From assembly GCA_964651155.1 (NCBI GenBank), contig CAZYXB010000004.1:46386-110385 (forward strand): 64,000 bases of DNA. Reading direction: 5' to 3'. The DNA comes from an uncultured Acidobacteriota bacterium. Its GTDB lineage: Bacteria > Acidobacteriota > UBA6911. Both the position numbers and the translations under genes were made by a program. The notes under the pieces were generated by a model, which saw only the letters and a list, made by a program, of their open reading frames with translations, ran no database searches and had not been told where the DNA came from. Below, one piece after another: positions 1-10,065 of the stretch; position 1 is the stretch's first letter; the number at the start of each line of letters is the position of its first letter.

Positions 1-216
1 CGCGCAGGCGTCGATATCGTCACGCTCGGCCAATACCTGCAGCCCACACGCGCCAGCCTCCCCGTCGATGCCTTCTATTCGCCCGAAGAATTCAGCGCGT
101 TTCGAGACCATGCGTATGCGCTCGGTTTCCGGTCCGTGGCCTCCGGCCCCCTCGTCCGTTCGTCCTACCATGCGGAGCAGGTCCGTGAAACCTCCCGCAA
201 ACGGGAAGCACAATGA
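1..216 (+). CDS. lipA: Lipoyl synthase, C-terminal fragment (5' end outside window)
   Basis: Frame 1 translates to ...[57 protein letters not shown]..., typical LipA C-terminus. Stop TGA at 214-216. Confidence 0.8.
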   Translation, partial: RAGVDIVTLGQYLQPTRASLPVDAFYSPEEFSAFRDHAYALGFRSVASGPLVRSSYHAEQVRETSRKREAQ

Positions 217-379
217 GCGCGCTCCGGAAAAAAGGGGGGGGTGCGCGGGCTTTCTTTTCCGTCGGGGTACCGCCCGATGGTATGCCCGAAAGTGCACCGG
301 CCGGGCCGGGCCGGTTTGCATGTATATTGTTTTCTTCCAACCGCTTGAATTGCCACGGCTTCGGTGAACAATTCCCGCG

Positions 380-405
380 ATTTCGCGTTTCTTTGTGCTA
401 TAATC
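380..405 (+). promoter_or_regulatory. Putative sigma70 promoter with extended -10 (TGcTATAAT) upstream of the NfeD/stomatin operon
   Basis: Sequence ttgtgctataatcgg lies about 25 nt upstream of the nfeD ATG. Sequence only, no experimental support. Confidence 0.3.
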
Positions 406-428
406 GGGAACAAACAGGGGTGCAGGAT

Positions 429-1728
429 AATGATCAGAATTCATTGCGCCGCCCTGATAGCACTGGTCGTTTTTTCAGCCTCGCCGGGATTCGGCAAAAT
501 CGCCCGCGTTTCTCTGAACGATACGATCAATCCGGTAACGGCTGAATTCGTGGCCCGGTGCATCGATCAGGCCGAGCAGGACCAGGCGGAACTCATCCTC
601 ATCACGCTGCAGACCCCGGGCGGGTTCGGGTCCTCCATGGAGGTAATCATCGCCCGGATATTGAGCAGCAAGGTGCCCGTCGTGGTCTACGTGGCGCCGA
701 GCGGAGCCAAGGCGGCATCGGCCGGATTCTTCATACTTCTGGCGGCCGATATTGCGGCGATGGCTCCGGGAACCAATACCGGCGCGGCGCACCCCCTCAT
801 GGCCATCGGCGGTTTCCCGGTCGGCCAAGGGGAGGCGGGGGAAACCCTGACGGAGAAGATCACGAGCAACGCGACCGCCTACCTGCGCAGCATCACGGGC
901 AAACGGAAGCGGAATATCGAAGAAGCGGAAAAGGGTGTGACCGAGAGCAAGTCTTTCACCGAAACCGAAGCTCTCAATCTGCACCTGATCGATTTCATCG
1001 CCGAGGACGAGACCGCGCTCCTGGGGCGGCTTGACGGGTATCGCGTGCAAATGTTCTCCGGTGACGAGAGGGTCTTGGGCACCCGGGACCGGGAGTTTAT
1101 CGATTACGCGATGACACGGAGGGAAAGGATGCTCGCCGTGGTGTCCCAGCCGAACCTGGCGATGCTGCTGGGGCTGGCGGGGGTGATCCTGCTGTATTTC
1201 GAGTTCACCAACCCGGGATTTGTCGTTCCCGGAGTCGTCGGTGCGATCTGCCTGCTGCTGGCGATTCTCGGATTCTCGCTGCTTCCTGTGAATTATGTCG
1301 GGGTGCTTCTGATCGTCCTCGCCATCGGCATGCTGATCGCCGAGGTCAAGGTGGGAGGGTTCGGGGTGCTCGGCATTGGGGGGATCGTGTCGATGATTTT
1401 CGGGATGCTGATTCTGGTCGATTCTCCGGATCCCGCGGTCCGGATAGGATGGTTTTCGGCCCTGGCGTTGACGCTGCCCTTTGCGGCCATCCTGGCCATT
1501 CTCCTCATCGCCCTGTTCCGGTCGCTGCGGCAGAAACCTGCGACGGGCGACCAGGGGATGGTAGGCCTCCAGGGCGTCGCCGACAGCGAGATCGGCCGAG
1601 CGGGGCGCGTCAGGGTGCGGGGGGAGTACTGGACGGCCCGTTCCTCCGCCCCCATAGCTGCGGGCAGCGACGTCCGGGTTGTGGCAGTGGAGGATCTGGT
1701 GCTAGAGGTGGAGGAAGTCCGAGAGTAG
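429..1728 (+). CDS. NfeD-family membrane-bound serine protease (ClpP-like fold) with C-terminal TM and OB domains
   Basis: Signal/TM N-terminus [15 protein letters not shown]. ClpP/crotonase-like core [29 protein letters not shown]. Multi-TM C-terminal half. Sits immediately upstream of a stomatin gene, the classic NfeD-stomatin pair. Confidence 0.8.
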
Positions 1729-1838
1729 CCGTGGCGTCTTCCGAGGGAGTACCCCGTTTCACACTACCGGCCGGAACGGTCCCTGATGTCCTGGGACGCG
1801 CTGCGGAATCCGCGGGGCCGGCATCTATGGGAGGGATT

Positions 1839-2591
1839 ATGGGACAGGCATGGGTACTGGGGATTCTGATAGTCGTCGTCTACCTGTTGAGCGCGATCCA
1901 TATTCTTAAGGAATACGAACGCGGCGTGCTTTTCCGCCTGGGGCGCCTCGTGCCTGAAGCCCAGGGGCCGGGAGTCGTTTTCGTTTTCTGGCCGATCTAC
2001 AAGATGGTCCGCGTCAGCCTACGGACGGTCACGCTCGACGTTCCCCCCCAGGATATCATCACGAATGACAACGTCTCGGTGAAAGTCAACGCGATCGTCT
2101 ACTTCCGCGTCATGAATGCCCCGAGGGCGATTGTGGAAATAGAAAATTACCTGTATGCTACATCGCAGCTTGCCCAGACCACGCTGCGTTCGGTCCTGGG
2201 GCAGGTGGAACTGGACGACCTGCTGAGCCACCGCGAGAAACTGAACATCAAGCTCCAGGGGATCCTCGACCAGCATACCGACGCCTGGGGCATCAAGGTG
2301 GGCCTGGTGGAGGTCAAGCAGGTGGACCTGCCCGAGGTGATGCAGCGTGCGATGGCGAAGCAGGCCGAGGCCGAGCGGGAAAAACGCGCCAAGATAATCC
2401 ATGCCGAAGGGGAATTCCAGGCGTCCACGAGGCTTTCGGACGCTGCGAAAATCATCCGCCAGGAGCCTGTCGCGCTGCAGCTGCGGTATCTGCAGACCCT
2501 GACGGAAATCGGACTCGAGAACAACACGACCGTGGTTTTTCCGGTTCCGATCGACTTTATCAGGGATTTACTGGCAAGCAAGAAGGAATAG
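1839..2591 (+). CDS. SPFH/band-7 stomatin-like protein
   Basis: [37 protein letters not shown]... is an SPFH domain. The ORF track's 5' extension (1449) overlaps nfeD in another frame, so the ATG at 1827 or 1839 is the likely start. Confidence 0.85.
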   Translation: MGQAWVLGILIVVVYLLSAIHILKEYERGVLFRLGRLVPEAQGPGVVFVFWPIYKMVRVSLRTVTLDVPPQDIITNDNVSVKVNAIVYFRVMNAPRAIVEIENYLYATSQLAQTTLRSVLGQVELDDLLSHREKLNIKLQGILDQHTDAWGIKVGLVEVKQVDLPEVMQRAMAKQAEAEREKRAKIIHAEGEFQASTRLSDAAKIIRQEPVALQLRYLQTLTEIGLENNTTVVFPVPIDFIRDLLASKKE

Positions 2592-2598
2592 ACGTTCT

Positions 2599-3210
2599 AT
2601 GACAGACAACGAGATGGAATCCGGGTTCGAACTGGTGCTGGACAATCGAAGGCTGATCGCCGCCTTTGCGGTGTTCCTCATCATATGCGGCAGCTTTTTC
2701 GTCCTGGGGTATGCCACGGGCAAACGACAGGGCGAACTTGCCGCCAGTTCCCTGACGGGCACCGGGCAGGAGGGAATCTTCGTGCCCGCTCCGGATGCGG
2801 AAACGGCCGATGCGGCGGTCCCTTCCATGGAGGCCGACGAAGTGCAGAAGGACCTGGAATGGTACCAGAGCGTCAATGATAGGGAGCGCGGGGCCGAAGC
2901 CGCCCGGGTTCCCGAACCTCCCCGCCCCGCGGAACAAAAGGCCGCGCCCGCCACCCCCTACGTTTCGCGGGTTGATGCGCCGAAGGGAACCTACACGGTT
3001 CAGGTCGGAGCCTTCAAGACGCGCGGACAGGCCGAAGCCCACGCCGGCAATGTCCGGTCGAAGGGTTTTGAGCCCCGCATCGAGGCCCCGGCTTCGCCCG
3101 ACGGACTGTATCTGGTCAAAGTCGGCAGGTTCGGCACCCGCGCCGAAGCGACCGCCGCACAGCTGCGCCTGAAGAAGAGCGGCTACAACGGTTTCATTAA
3201 AACAAACTGA
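2599..3210 (+). CDS. SPOR-domain protein with FtsN-like topology (short cytoplasmic N-terminus, one TM, Pro/Ala-rich linker, C-terminal SPOR)
   Basis: TM segment LIAAFAVFLIICGSFFVLGY. C-terminal TYTVQVGAFKTRGQAEAHAGNVRSKGF...LYLVKVGRFGTRAEATAAQLRLKKSGYNGFI matches the SPOR consensus. Confidence 0.7.
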   Translation: MTDNEMESGFELVLDNRRLIAAFAVFLIICGSFFVLGYATGKRQGELAASSLTGTGQEGIFVPAPDAETADAAVPSMEADEVQKDLEWYQSVNDRERGAEAARVPEPPRPAEQKAAPATPYVSRVDAPKGTYTVQVGAFKTRGQAEAHAGNVRSKGFEPRIEAPASPDGLYLVKVGRFGTRAEATAAQLRLKKSGYNGFIKTN

Positions 3211-3222
3211 GAAGCTTACGCC

Positions 3223-4746
3223 ATGCCGCTGCTTCTGCCGGTACTGACCGGTCTGCTACTGGCCGCTTCCTTCCCGAAATGCGGCCAGCACTACCTGGCC
3301 TGGATCGCGTTTATCCCCTTGATCGCGTACGTGCATCTGGCCCGGTCGCCCGCACGGGCCTTCCGGGGCGGATGCCTGGCCGGGGGTGTCGAGCTGTTCG
3401 TTCTTCTCGTCTGGATGCCCGAGGTTCTCCACCTCTACGGGGGATTGGACCCGTGGCTTGCCTGGACGGGGTACGCGCTTCTGGTCCTGTTGCTGTCCTC
3501 ATTTTCGGGCGCGGCCTGCTTGGCGACCAAGGCGCTCATGCTGCGGGGGGGCGATTGCTGCATTCTGCTGTTCCCCGCGGTCTGGGTCCTGGTCGAATTT
3601 CTGCAGACGGCGATCCCCTTCGGCGGCTTCCCCTGGCTGGCGACGGGGTACACGCAGACCGAGAACCTGGCCCTGATACAGATGGCCGACGTGACGGGGG
3701 TGTTCGGCGTATCGTTTCTGGTCGTGTGGTTTTCGGCGGCGGCATTGTTCGCCGGGCTCCACAGGGGGCGCGGGATGCGGGCATGGTGGCCCATTCTTGC
3801 GGCGGCGGCGCTGCTTGCCGTCGGCCTGGGGTACGGCAGGGCTCGACTGGCGCGCTGGGCCGGAGTCCGGCCCGATCATACGGCCGTTATGCTGCAGGCG
3901 AATCTGCGGGCCGACGCATCCCCGGGCGCTTTACGGGAGGCCTACCCGGCCGGTTATGTGCGCATGCTCGACAGCGCCCCGCCTTCGCGCATCGACCTGC
4001 TGATTCTGCCGGAATCGCCGACCCCCGTGTTCTACCAGCAGGATGAAACACTGCGGCAAACGGTCTCGGAACTGGCCCGGCGCGCCACCTTCGGCCTGGT
4101 CTTCAACAATATCCGGATCGGGGATGCCGACGGCGGAATGCGCTCCTATAACAGCGCATATTTTCTCGACGCCGGGGGCGGGTTGACGGGGGTGTACGAC
4201 AAGATACACCTGGTCCCCTTCGGCGAATATATCCCGATGAAGGGTTTGTTCGTGTTCATGCGGACCATCACGCAGGATGTGGGGGAGTTCGACCGCGGGA
4301 ACGTGTATGCTCTCCCGCGGGTGGGGGGGGAGCGCGTCAATGCGACTATCTGCTTCGAAGCCATTTTCCCCGGCCTTGTGCGCAGGTTCGTCCGGGACGG
4401 AAGCCGTCTCATCGTCAATCTGACCAACGACGGGTGGTACGGCCGCAGCAGCGCTCCGTTCCAGCATTTCAATATCGCCCGGTGGCGCGCCGTCGAAAAC
4501 CGCAGGTATTTTCTCCGTTCGGCCAATACGGGGATATCGGCGGTTATCGAGCCGACCGGCAGGGTTCAGACCGCGACCGGGATCCTCGAGCGGGCGGTGT
4601 GCGAGGGCCGGTTCGCGTTTGTCGCGCAGCAAACATTCTATACCCGTTATGGCGATGTTTTCGTCTGGCTGTGTGCTATGATTGTCTTCGGGTGCGCGGT
4701 CCCCGCCTATGCCAAGGGTCGGGGAAGGCCCATGTCCCACCCATGA
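3223..4746 (+). CDS. lnt: Apolipoprotein N-acyltransferase
   Basis: Multi-TM N-terminal half followed by a CN-hydrolase domain (ICFEAIFPGL...LTNDGWYGRSSAPFQHFNIARWRAVENRRYFLRSANTGISAVIEPTG). Confidence 0.85.
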   Translation: MPLLLPVLTGLLLAASFPKCGQHYLAWIAFIPLIAYVHLARSPARAFRGGCLAGGVELFVLLVWMPEVLHLYGGLDPWLAWTGYALLVLLLSSFSGAACLATKALMLRGGDCCILLFPAVWVLVEFLQTAIPFGGFPWLATGYTQTENLALIQMADVTGVFGVSFLVVWFSAAALFAGLHRGRGMRAWWPILAAAALLAVGLGYGRARLARWAGVRPDHTAVMLQANLRADASPGALREAYPAGYVRMLDSAPPSRIDLLILPESPTPVFYQQDETLRQTVSELARRATFGLVFNNIRIGDADGGMRSYNSAYFLDAGGGLTGVYDKIHLVPFGEYIPMKGLFVFMRTITQDVGEFDRGNVYALPRVGGERVNATICFEAIFPGLVRRFVRDGSRLIVNLTNDGWYGRSSAPFQHFNIARWRAVENRRYFLRSANTGISAVIEPTGRVQTATGILERAVCEGRFAFVAQQTFYTRYGDVFVWLCAMIVFGCAVPAYAKGRGRPMSHP

Positions 4747-4863
4747 CGGTTGTCGCCGCGAGGCCCGGACGGAAAAGGTATGGACACGCCGGACCCCACG
4801 GAGCGCAGCATGCGCCGCGCCGAAGCCCCAACCATACACGGATTGCTTGTCAGGAGGATTTTC

Positions 4864-5971
4864 ATGCTCGACGAACTGCAGCAGAGGGTAAGCGCGATCG
4901 AAGAAAAACTATACCAGATCCGGGGTTATCTTTGATGCCGACCGCAAGCGCGCAAAGGTTCTGGAGCTTGAAAAGAAAGTGGCCCAGCCCGATTTCTGGA
5001 GTAGGCACGAGGAGGCGCAGTCGGTACTGCAGCAGCGGCGCCGGCTCGAGCGGGACATCGAGCTCGGTGATCGCCTGGCGAGGGAGGGGGCGGACCTGAG
5101 GGCGCTCTACGAGCTGGCTGCCGAAGGGGAGGACGTCTTGCCCGACCTCGCCCGTGAAGTCGAGAAACTCGAGCAGGAAGCACGGCATACGGAGATCCTC
5201 ATGCTGCTTGCCGGGGAGCACGACAGCGCCAACGCCATTGTGACGATACACCCCGGCGCCGGCGGCGTGGAGTCGCAGGACTGGGCCGAGATGCTCGTCC
5301 GCATGTACCTGCGATGGTGCGAGCGCTCCGGCTACGTCGCCAAAATGCTCGACTACCAGCCCGGGGAGGAGGCGGGGATCAAGTCGGTCACCTTCCTGGT
5401 GGAGGGCGATTTCGCCTACGGGTACCTTTCGTCGGAAAACGGCGTCCACCGTCTGGTCCGCATATCCCCCTTCGGCGCCATGGGGAAACGGCAGACGAGC
5501 TTCGCCTCCGTCTTCGTCTACCCCCAGATCGACGACGAGATCGAGGTCCAGATCGACGAGAAGGATCTGCGCATCGACACCTACCGTTCCAGCGGCGCCG
5601 GGGGCCAACATGTCAACGTGACGGATTCCGCCGTGCGCATCACCCACATCCCGACGGGGATTGTCGTTTCCTGCCAGAACGAAAGATCACAGATCCGGAA
5701 CCGCGAAATGGCCCGGACCGTGCTGCGGGCCCGGATCTATGAGCTGGAACTGAAGAAGAAACAGGAGCAAATGCAGGCCATGGAGGATTCCAAGCTGGAA
5801 ATCGGGTGGGGAAGCCAGATCCGCTCCTACGTGCTGCACCCGTACCGCATGGTGAAGGACCACAGGACCAAGCACGAATCGCCCAATGCGGACAGGGTTC
5901 TCGACGGGGACATCGAGGACTTCATCTACACCTACCTGGTGCATCGAGGGGTGCGGCAACGGGACGCCTGA
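4864..5971 (+). CDS. prfB: Peptide chain release factor 2, requiring a programmed +1 ribosomal frameshift at CTT-TGA (4930-4935)
   Basis: ORF1 (MLDELQQRVSAIEEKLYQIRGYL, stop TGA at 4933-4935) and ORF2 in the +1 frame (DADRKRAKVLELEKKVAQPDFW...SSGAGGQHVN...) together give a full RF2. The slip site is ggggt tat ctt tga, with an SD-like GGGG 3 nt upstream as in E. coli prfB. Confidence 0.9.
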
Positions 5972-6001
5972 TGCCGATGGCCCCGTGGACAGGAGAACAG
6001 C

Positions 6002-6742
6002 GTGGATTCTGAAGACAGCAGGACCCCGGGGCAGGCCCCCGCAAGGGCGAAGCAAACGTCCGGGGCAGGGCGGTCCCGAAAAGGCAGGACGGTAGTGTAT
6101 ACGGGCCTGCTCCTTTTCAGTATCATCGCCTGCACGGTGATGCTCGGCGTCCCCTCAGTCCGCGGACGCCTGGTCGCCCGGGCCACGGCCCTGCAGGCGG
6201 CGATATCCGGGTCGCGCGGCCCGGTGACGGCCGAGCTCGGGGACGTGCCTCCGCCCATGCCGGGGGAATACGAAAGGCCGGAGTACAGGTTCCCGGATGC
6301 CGGGCAGACGCTTCCCGAAGACTGGGTGTTCACCGTGCCGCCGGGGCGTGCCGCCGAGCGGCCCCAGGCGGGATCCGCCCTAATGACGCCCCGGACGGCG
6401 GAAGACGACCGTGCCTCCGCCGCCGGGGTCTCCGAAGGGACGGCCGCAGGTCGCGGCTCGGAAACAGCCGGAGCCGTCATCGAATACACGGCCGGGGAAG
6501 CGGAACGCCGCGCCTACGGCCTGCTGCTCGAAGCCAAACCGCATGTCGGGGCGATGGTGGATGAGGGCGCCCCGTCGCGGAGGTTCCGGTCCTGGGGAGG
6601 CGCACCAAGGGGGGGAGACGTCTACTGGGTGCGTCTGGTGTTTGAGACCGGCGAAGGTCTCGAGGTTGAGTATATCTGGCAGGTGGACCTGCAGGCGAAG
6701 GAGGTTCTGCCTTTGAGCCATAATGCGCGCACGCTTCCCTGA
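6002..6742 (+). CDS. Hypothetical membrane-anchored protein with a possible PepSY-like C-terminal domain
   Basis: Single TM (VVYTGLLLFSIIACTVMLGV). C-terminal GDVYWVRLVFETGEGLEVEYIWQVDLQAKEVL resembles a PepSY fold. Start uncertain (alternative start codon). Confidence 0.4.
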   Translation: MDSEDSRTPGQAPARAKQTSGAGRSRKGRTVVYTGLLLFSIIACTVMLGVPSVRGRLVARATALQAAISGSRGPVTAELGDVPPPMPGEYERPEYRFPDAGQTLPEDWVFTVPPGRAAERPQAGSALMTPRTAEDDRASAAGVSEGTAAGRGSETAGAVIEYTAGEAERRAYGLLLEAKPHVGAMVDEGAPSRRFRSWGGAPRGGDVYWVRLVFETGEGLEVEYIWQVDLQAKEVLPLSHNARTLP

Positions 6743-6792
6743 TGCGCGCGCCGAGGGTGCCGTGAGGGCCCCGCGGCCTGACAGGAGTATCT

Positions 6793-9303
6793 TTGCGCCC
6801 CATCTCTCTGCGACATATCCGCCGCATGCTGATCTGGGTCATCGTGCTGGTCGCCCTGGCTGTCGCCGTCGACTATTTCTACGCGCGGTATCTCCGGAAT
6901 CGCCTCGGCCCGGAGCACCGCCAGGTCCTCGATTCGGAAATGGTGCAGTCCTCCCTGCGCATCGAGTATTCCGAGAACAAGGATGGCGTGCTCCGGTTCA
7001 GGATACGCGCGCAGAAGCTCGAAGAGACGCGCGGGGGGAAGAACTACCTGCAGGGGATCGAGGCCTACGACTTCAACCCGGACGGGAGCGTGCGCAACGA
7101 AATCCGGAGCCTGAAGGCCGAGTACGACAGCGAAAACCGGAAAGTTGGTTTTACCGGCGATGTGAGGTTGTTCCTGGGGAGGGAGGCAAAACTGCAGACC
7201 GAGTCGCTGTCCTACGACCTGGCATCGAATGTCGGCACCACCGCGGACCGGGTGCGCTTCGATGCCGGCGGGGCCGCGGGCAGCGCGCAGGGACTGTACT
7301 ACAACCTCGACACTCGCCTGCTCCGCCTCGAGTCCGACGTGGAGGTCCGGATCGCCCCGGAGGAGCCCTCCTCCGGGGGGGCCGGTTTGCAGCAGGCGGT
7401 GCATGTCTCCTCAGACAGGGCAATCTCCCACGATAACCTTAACAGGATCGCTTTTTCCGGCGACGCGCGGCTGGAGTCCGAAGCGCTTCTGCTCACTGCC
7501 GACGTGATCCGGGCGGTGATGGGCCCGGGGGCCGGGAGGATCGCCTCGCTCGACGCCGCGGGCCGCGCGCACTACCGGTCCGGGGCGGCCGGGGATGCCG
7601 GGGGCATGTCCGGCGACCGGATGGTTTTCCGTATACGGCCCGGGTCCCGATACCCTCAATCCATTGGCATTTCCGGTGGCGCAGAGCTCGATATCGGAGC
7701 GCCCGGGGACATGCAGCGCCTGCGCGGTGAGGAGATCGATCTGTCGCTGGATCCCGAAACCGGAATGCCCTCCCAAGTCGAGGGCCGGACCGGTGTGCGG
7801 CTCCTGATCGCAAGCGGCGCGGAGCGGACGTTCATTTCGGGCGAGAGCTTCAGCGCCCGCTTTTCTCCGGGGACAGGGGGATTGCGCGACATCGAGGCCC
7901 GGCAGCGGGCGCGCCTATCCCTGAGCGGCTCCGGGGAGGGGGAAGCAAATGCCATCACCGCAGGGCTGATCGGCATCCGGTTCGAAGAGGTCGGCCGCCA
8001 GCCCGTTCTCCGGCACCTCCGTGCCGAGGATTCCGCCCGGTGGACATTCCCCAGGGAGGGCTTCGGCGCGCCGTCGGCCCCTCCCGATGCAGCGGCGGCA
8101 TCCTCGGGATTTCTAACGGCGGCCGTCATCGAAATGCAGTATTCCGGGGACGGCGGGGTGCTCGACAGAGTCGACGCCTCCGGCGATGTCGTTATGGCCG
8201 AGGCCTCCCCGGCCGTCGCGGGCGATAGCACGGGGCGCATGGTGTATGCCGACCGGGCCCGGTTTTCTTTTTCCCGTGGCGGGCGCCGGCCCAGTGCCAT
8301 GGAAGCGGCAGGGCACGTGCGGGTTGTCGACGGCGGCGGCCAGGGTTCCGGGGGCGGCTTCCGCACCTGGAGCGACAGGATGGAGGCGGCTTTTGATCCC
8401 GGCGGCGAAGACATTACCCTTGCCTCCGCTTCCCAGTGGGGGCATTTCAGATACGAAGACGGATCCAGTTCCGCAACGGCGGGGAGGTGCGATTACGATG
8501 CCGAAAGCGAGACGATCCGCCTGGGGGATTCCCCGGTGATCATCTTCGACACGGGCACCACTGCGGGAGAGGCGGTTGAGTTCGACCGGCGACGCGGGAT
8601 CGTCCGGGTCCGCCGCGGGGTCCGCACCGACCTGTCGGGGAGGAGTGCGGCGGGTTTCCCCGGGGGTGCCCGGAAGGGTTCGCCCGGCGTCATCTTTGCC
8701 GGGATCATGCGCTACGACACGGCTTCAGGCCAGGTGCGGTACACCGAAAGGGTCTACCTGCTGTCGGAGGACCAGCAGCTCCGGGCCGATTCCCTGGACA
8801 TCCTCGAAGGAGGGGCGCGGCTCGAGGCCCGCGGCGGTATCCGGCACATCATTTCCCGGAACCGCGTCCCCGACGCGGCTGGGAGCCCCAGCTCCCCCGG
8901 GCCCGGTCCCCCCGCGAAAGAGGAGGGACATTCCCCCGGCATGCCGATATATATTGAGAGTTCGAATTTGGCGTTTGCGAACATGACGAACACCGTAACC
9001 TATGCAGGCGGCGTTTCCCTGGAGACCGGGGACATCCGCCTGACCTGCCGAACCCTCGATGTTGTTCTGGACGCGGGGGGGGGGGCCGTCGACGCTGCCA
9101 CGGCAACGGGAAACGTGGTGGCGGTCATGGGGGGAAAAAAGTGCACGGGCGATGTCGGGCATTATTTCCGCGAACCCGAGAGATTCGTGGTGACGGGCTC
9201 GCTCGCGGAATTGTACGACCCGGCCAGCGGACGCTCCTACGCCCCCCGGTTGACATACACTGTCGCCGATGGTAGGATGCAGCTGGAACAGCATCAGAAT
9301 TGA
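6793..9303 (+). CDS. Large LptC/LptA (OstA-like) multi-domain periplasmic protein. N-terminal TM anchor, then repeated beta-jellyroll-like segments and low-complexity linkers
   Basis: N-terminal TM IWVIVLVALAVAVDYF followed by an LptC-like segment. C-terminal NMTNTVTYAGGVSLETGDIRLTCRTLDVVLDAGGG...ATGNVVAV is LptA-like. Sits directly upstream of lptB, the conserved lptC-lptA-lptB order. Gly/Ser/Ala-rich linkers. Confidence 0.6.
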   Translation: MRPISLRHIRRMLIWVIVLVALAVAVDYFYARYLRNRLGPEHRQVLDSEMVQSSLRIEYSENKDGVLRFRIRAQKLEETRGGKNYLQGIEAYDFNPDGSVRNEIRSLKAEYDSENRKVGFTGDVRLFLGREAKLQTESLSYDLASNVGTTADRVRFDAGGAAGSAQGLYYNLDTRLLRLESDVEVRIAPEEPSSGGAGLQQAVHVSSDRAISHDNLNRIAFSGDARLESEALLLTADVIRAVMGPGAGRIASLDAAGRAHYRSGAAGDAGGMSGDRMVFRIRPGSRYPQSIGISGGAELDIGAPGDMQRLRGEEIDLSLDPETGMPSQVEGRTGVRLLIASGAERTFISGESFSARFSPGTGGLRDIEARQRARLSLSGSGEGEANAITAGLIGIRFEEVGRQPVLRHLRAEDSARWTFPREGFGAPSAPPDAAAASSGFLTAAVIEMQYSGDGGVLDRVDASGDVVMAEASPAVAGDSTGRMVYADRARFSFSRGGRRPSAMEAAGHVRVVDGGGQGSGGGFRTWSDRMEAAFDPGGEDITLASASQWGHFRYEDGSSSATAGRCDYDAESETIRLGDSPVIIFDTGTTAGEAVEFDRRRGIVRVRRGVRTDLSGRSAAGFPGGARKGSPGVIFAGIMRYDTASGQVRYTERVYLLSEDQQLRADSLDILEGGARLEARGGIRHIISRNRVPDAAGSPSSPGPGPPAKEEGHSPGMPIYIESSNLAFANMTNTVTYAGGVSLETGDIRLTCRTLDVVLDAGGGAVDAATATGNVVAVMGGKKCTGDVGHYFREPERFVVTGSLAELYDPASGRSYAPRLTYTVADGRMQLEQHQN

Positions 9304-9333
9304 TGTAAATTATAGCAAAGTAAGAATTTATAT

Positions 9334-10065
9334 ATGATAAACGGCCTACTGCAGGCGTCGGCCCTATGCAAGTCCTACCGTGGGAGGAATGTAGTCGACC
9401 AGGTCAGCCTTGAGCTGTGTCCGGGCGAAGTGGTCGGGCTTCTGGGCCCGAACGGAGCCGGGAAGACGACGACATTTTACATCATCGTCGGCCTGATTGC
9501 GCCCCAGAGCGGGAGGGTGCGTCTTTTCGGCGAGGATATCACGCACCAGCCGATGTACCGTCGGGCCCGTTCCGGGATCAGTTATCTGCCACAGGAGCCT
9601 TCCGTTTTCCGGAAGCTGACCGTGGGAGAGAACCTTTTGAGCATTGCGGAAACCCTGGATCTGTCGCACAGAAAACGGGAGCACCTGGTCGGGGGGCTCC
9701 TCGAAGAATTCGGGATCGACCATCTGCGCCAACAGAACGCCCATACCCTGTCGGGCGGGGAAAGGCGACGGCTGGAAATCGCCCGCGCTCTGGTCCTTAC
9801 GCCGCAGTTCATTCTTCTGGACGAGCCGTTTGCCGGCATCGATCCGCTGGCGGTTCTCGACATACAGCGCATCATCAGGGGGCTGAAAGACCGGAATATC
9901 GGGGTCCTGATCACGGACCATAACGTGCGCGAAACTTTGAATATAACGGATCGCGCTTATATAATAAGCGAAGGCAGGATCCTGCGGGAAGGGTCGCCCG
10001 AACAGCTCACAAACGACATCGAGGTCAAGAAGGTATACCTCGGCGAGAATTTCAGGTTGCATTAG
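9334..10065 (+). CDS. lptB: LPS export ABC transporter ATP-binding protein
   Basis: Walker [10 protein letters not shown], signature [15 protein letters not shown], Walker [13 protein letters not shown]. Immediately upstream of rpoN. Confidence 0.9.
   Translation: MINGLLQASALCKSYRGRNVVDQVSLELCPGEVVGLLGPNGAGKTTTFYIIVGLIAPQSGRVRLFGEDITHQPMYRRARSGISYLPQEPSVFRKLTVGENLLSIAETLDLSHRKREHLVGGLLEEFGIDHLRQQNAHTLSGGERRRLEIARALVLTPQFILLDEPFAGIDPLAVLDIQRIIRGLKDRNIGVLITDHNVRETLNITDRAYIISEGRILREGSPEQLTNDIEVKKVYLGENFRLH

Noticed and set aside
1449-2591. 380-aa extended version of the stomatin ORF overlapping nfeD
   Set aside because: The N-terminal 130 aa are Arg/Gly/Pro-rich and overlap the NfeD C-terminus. 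SPFH homology starts at 1839.
3931-5647. Minus-strand ORFs 3931..4839 and 4862..5647 opposite lnt and prfB
   Set aside because: Antisense artefacts in the high-GC housekeeping region.
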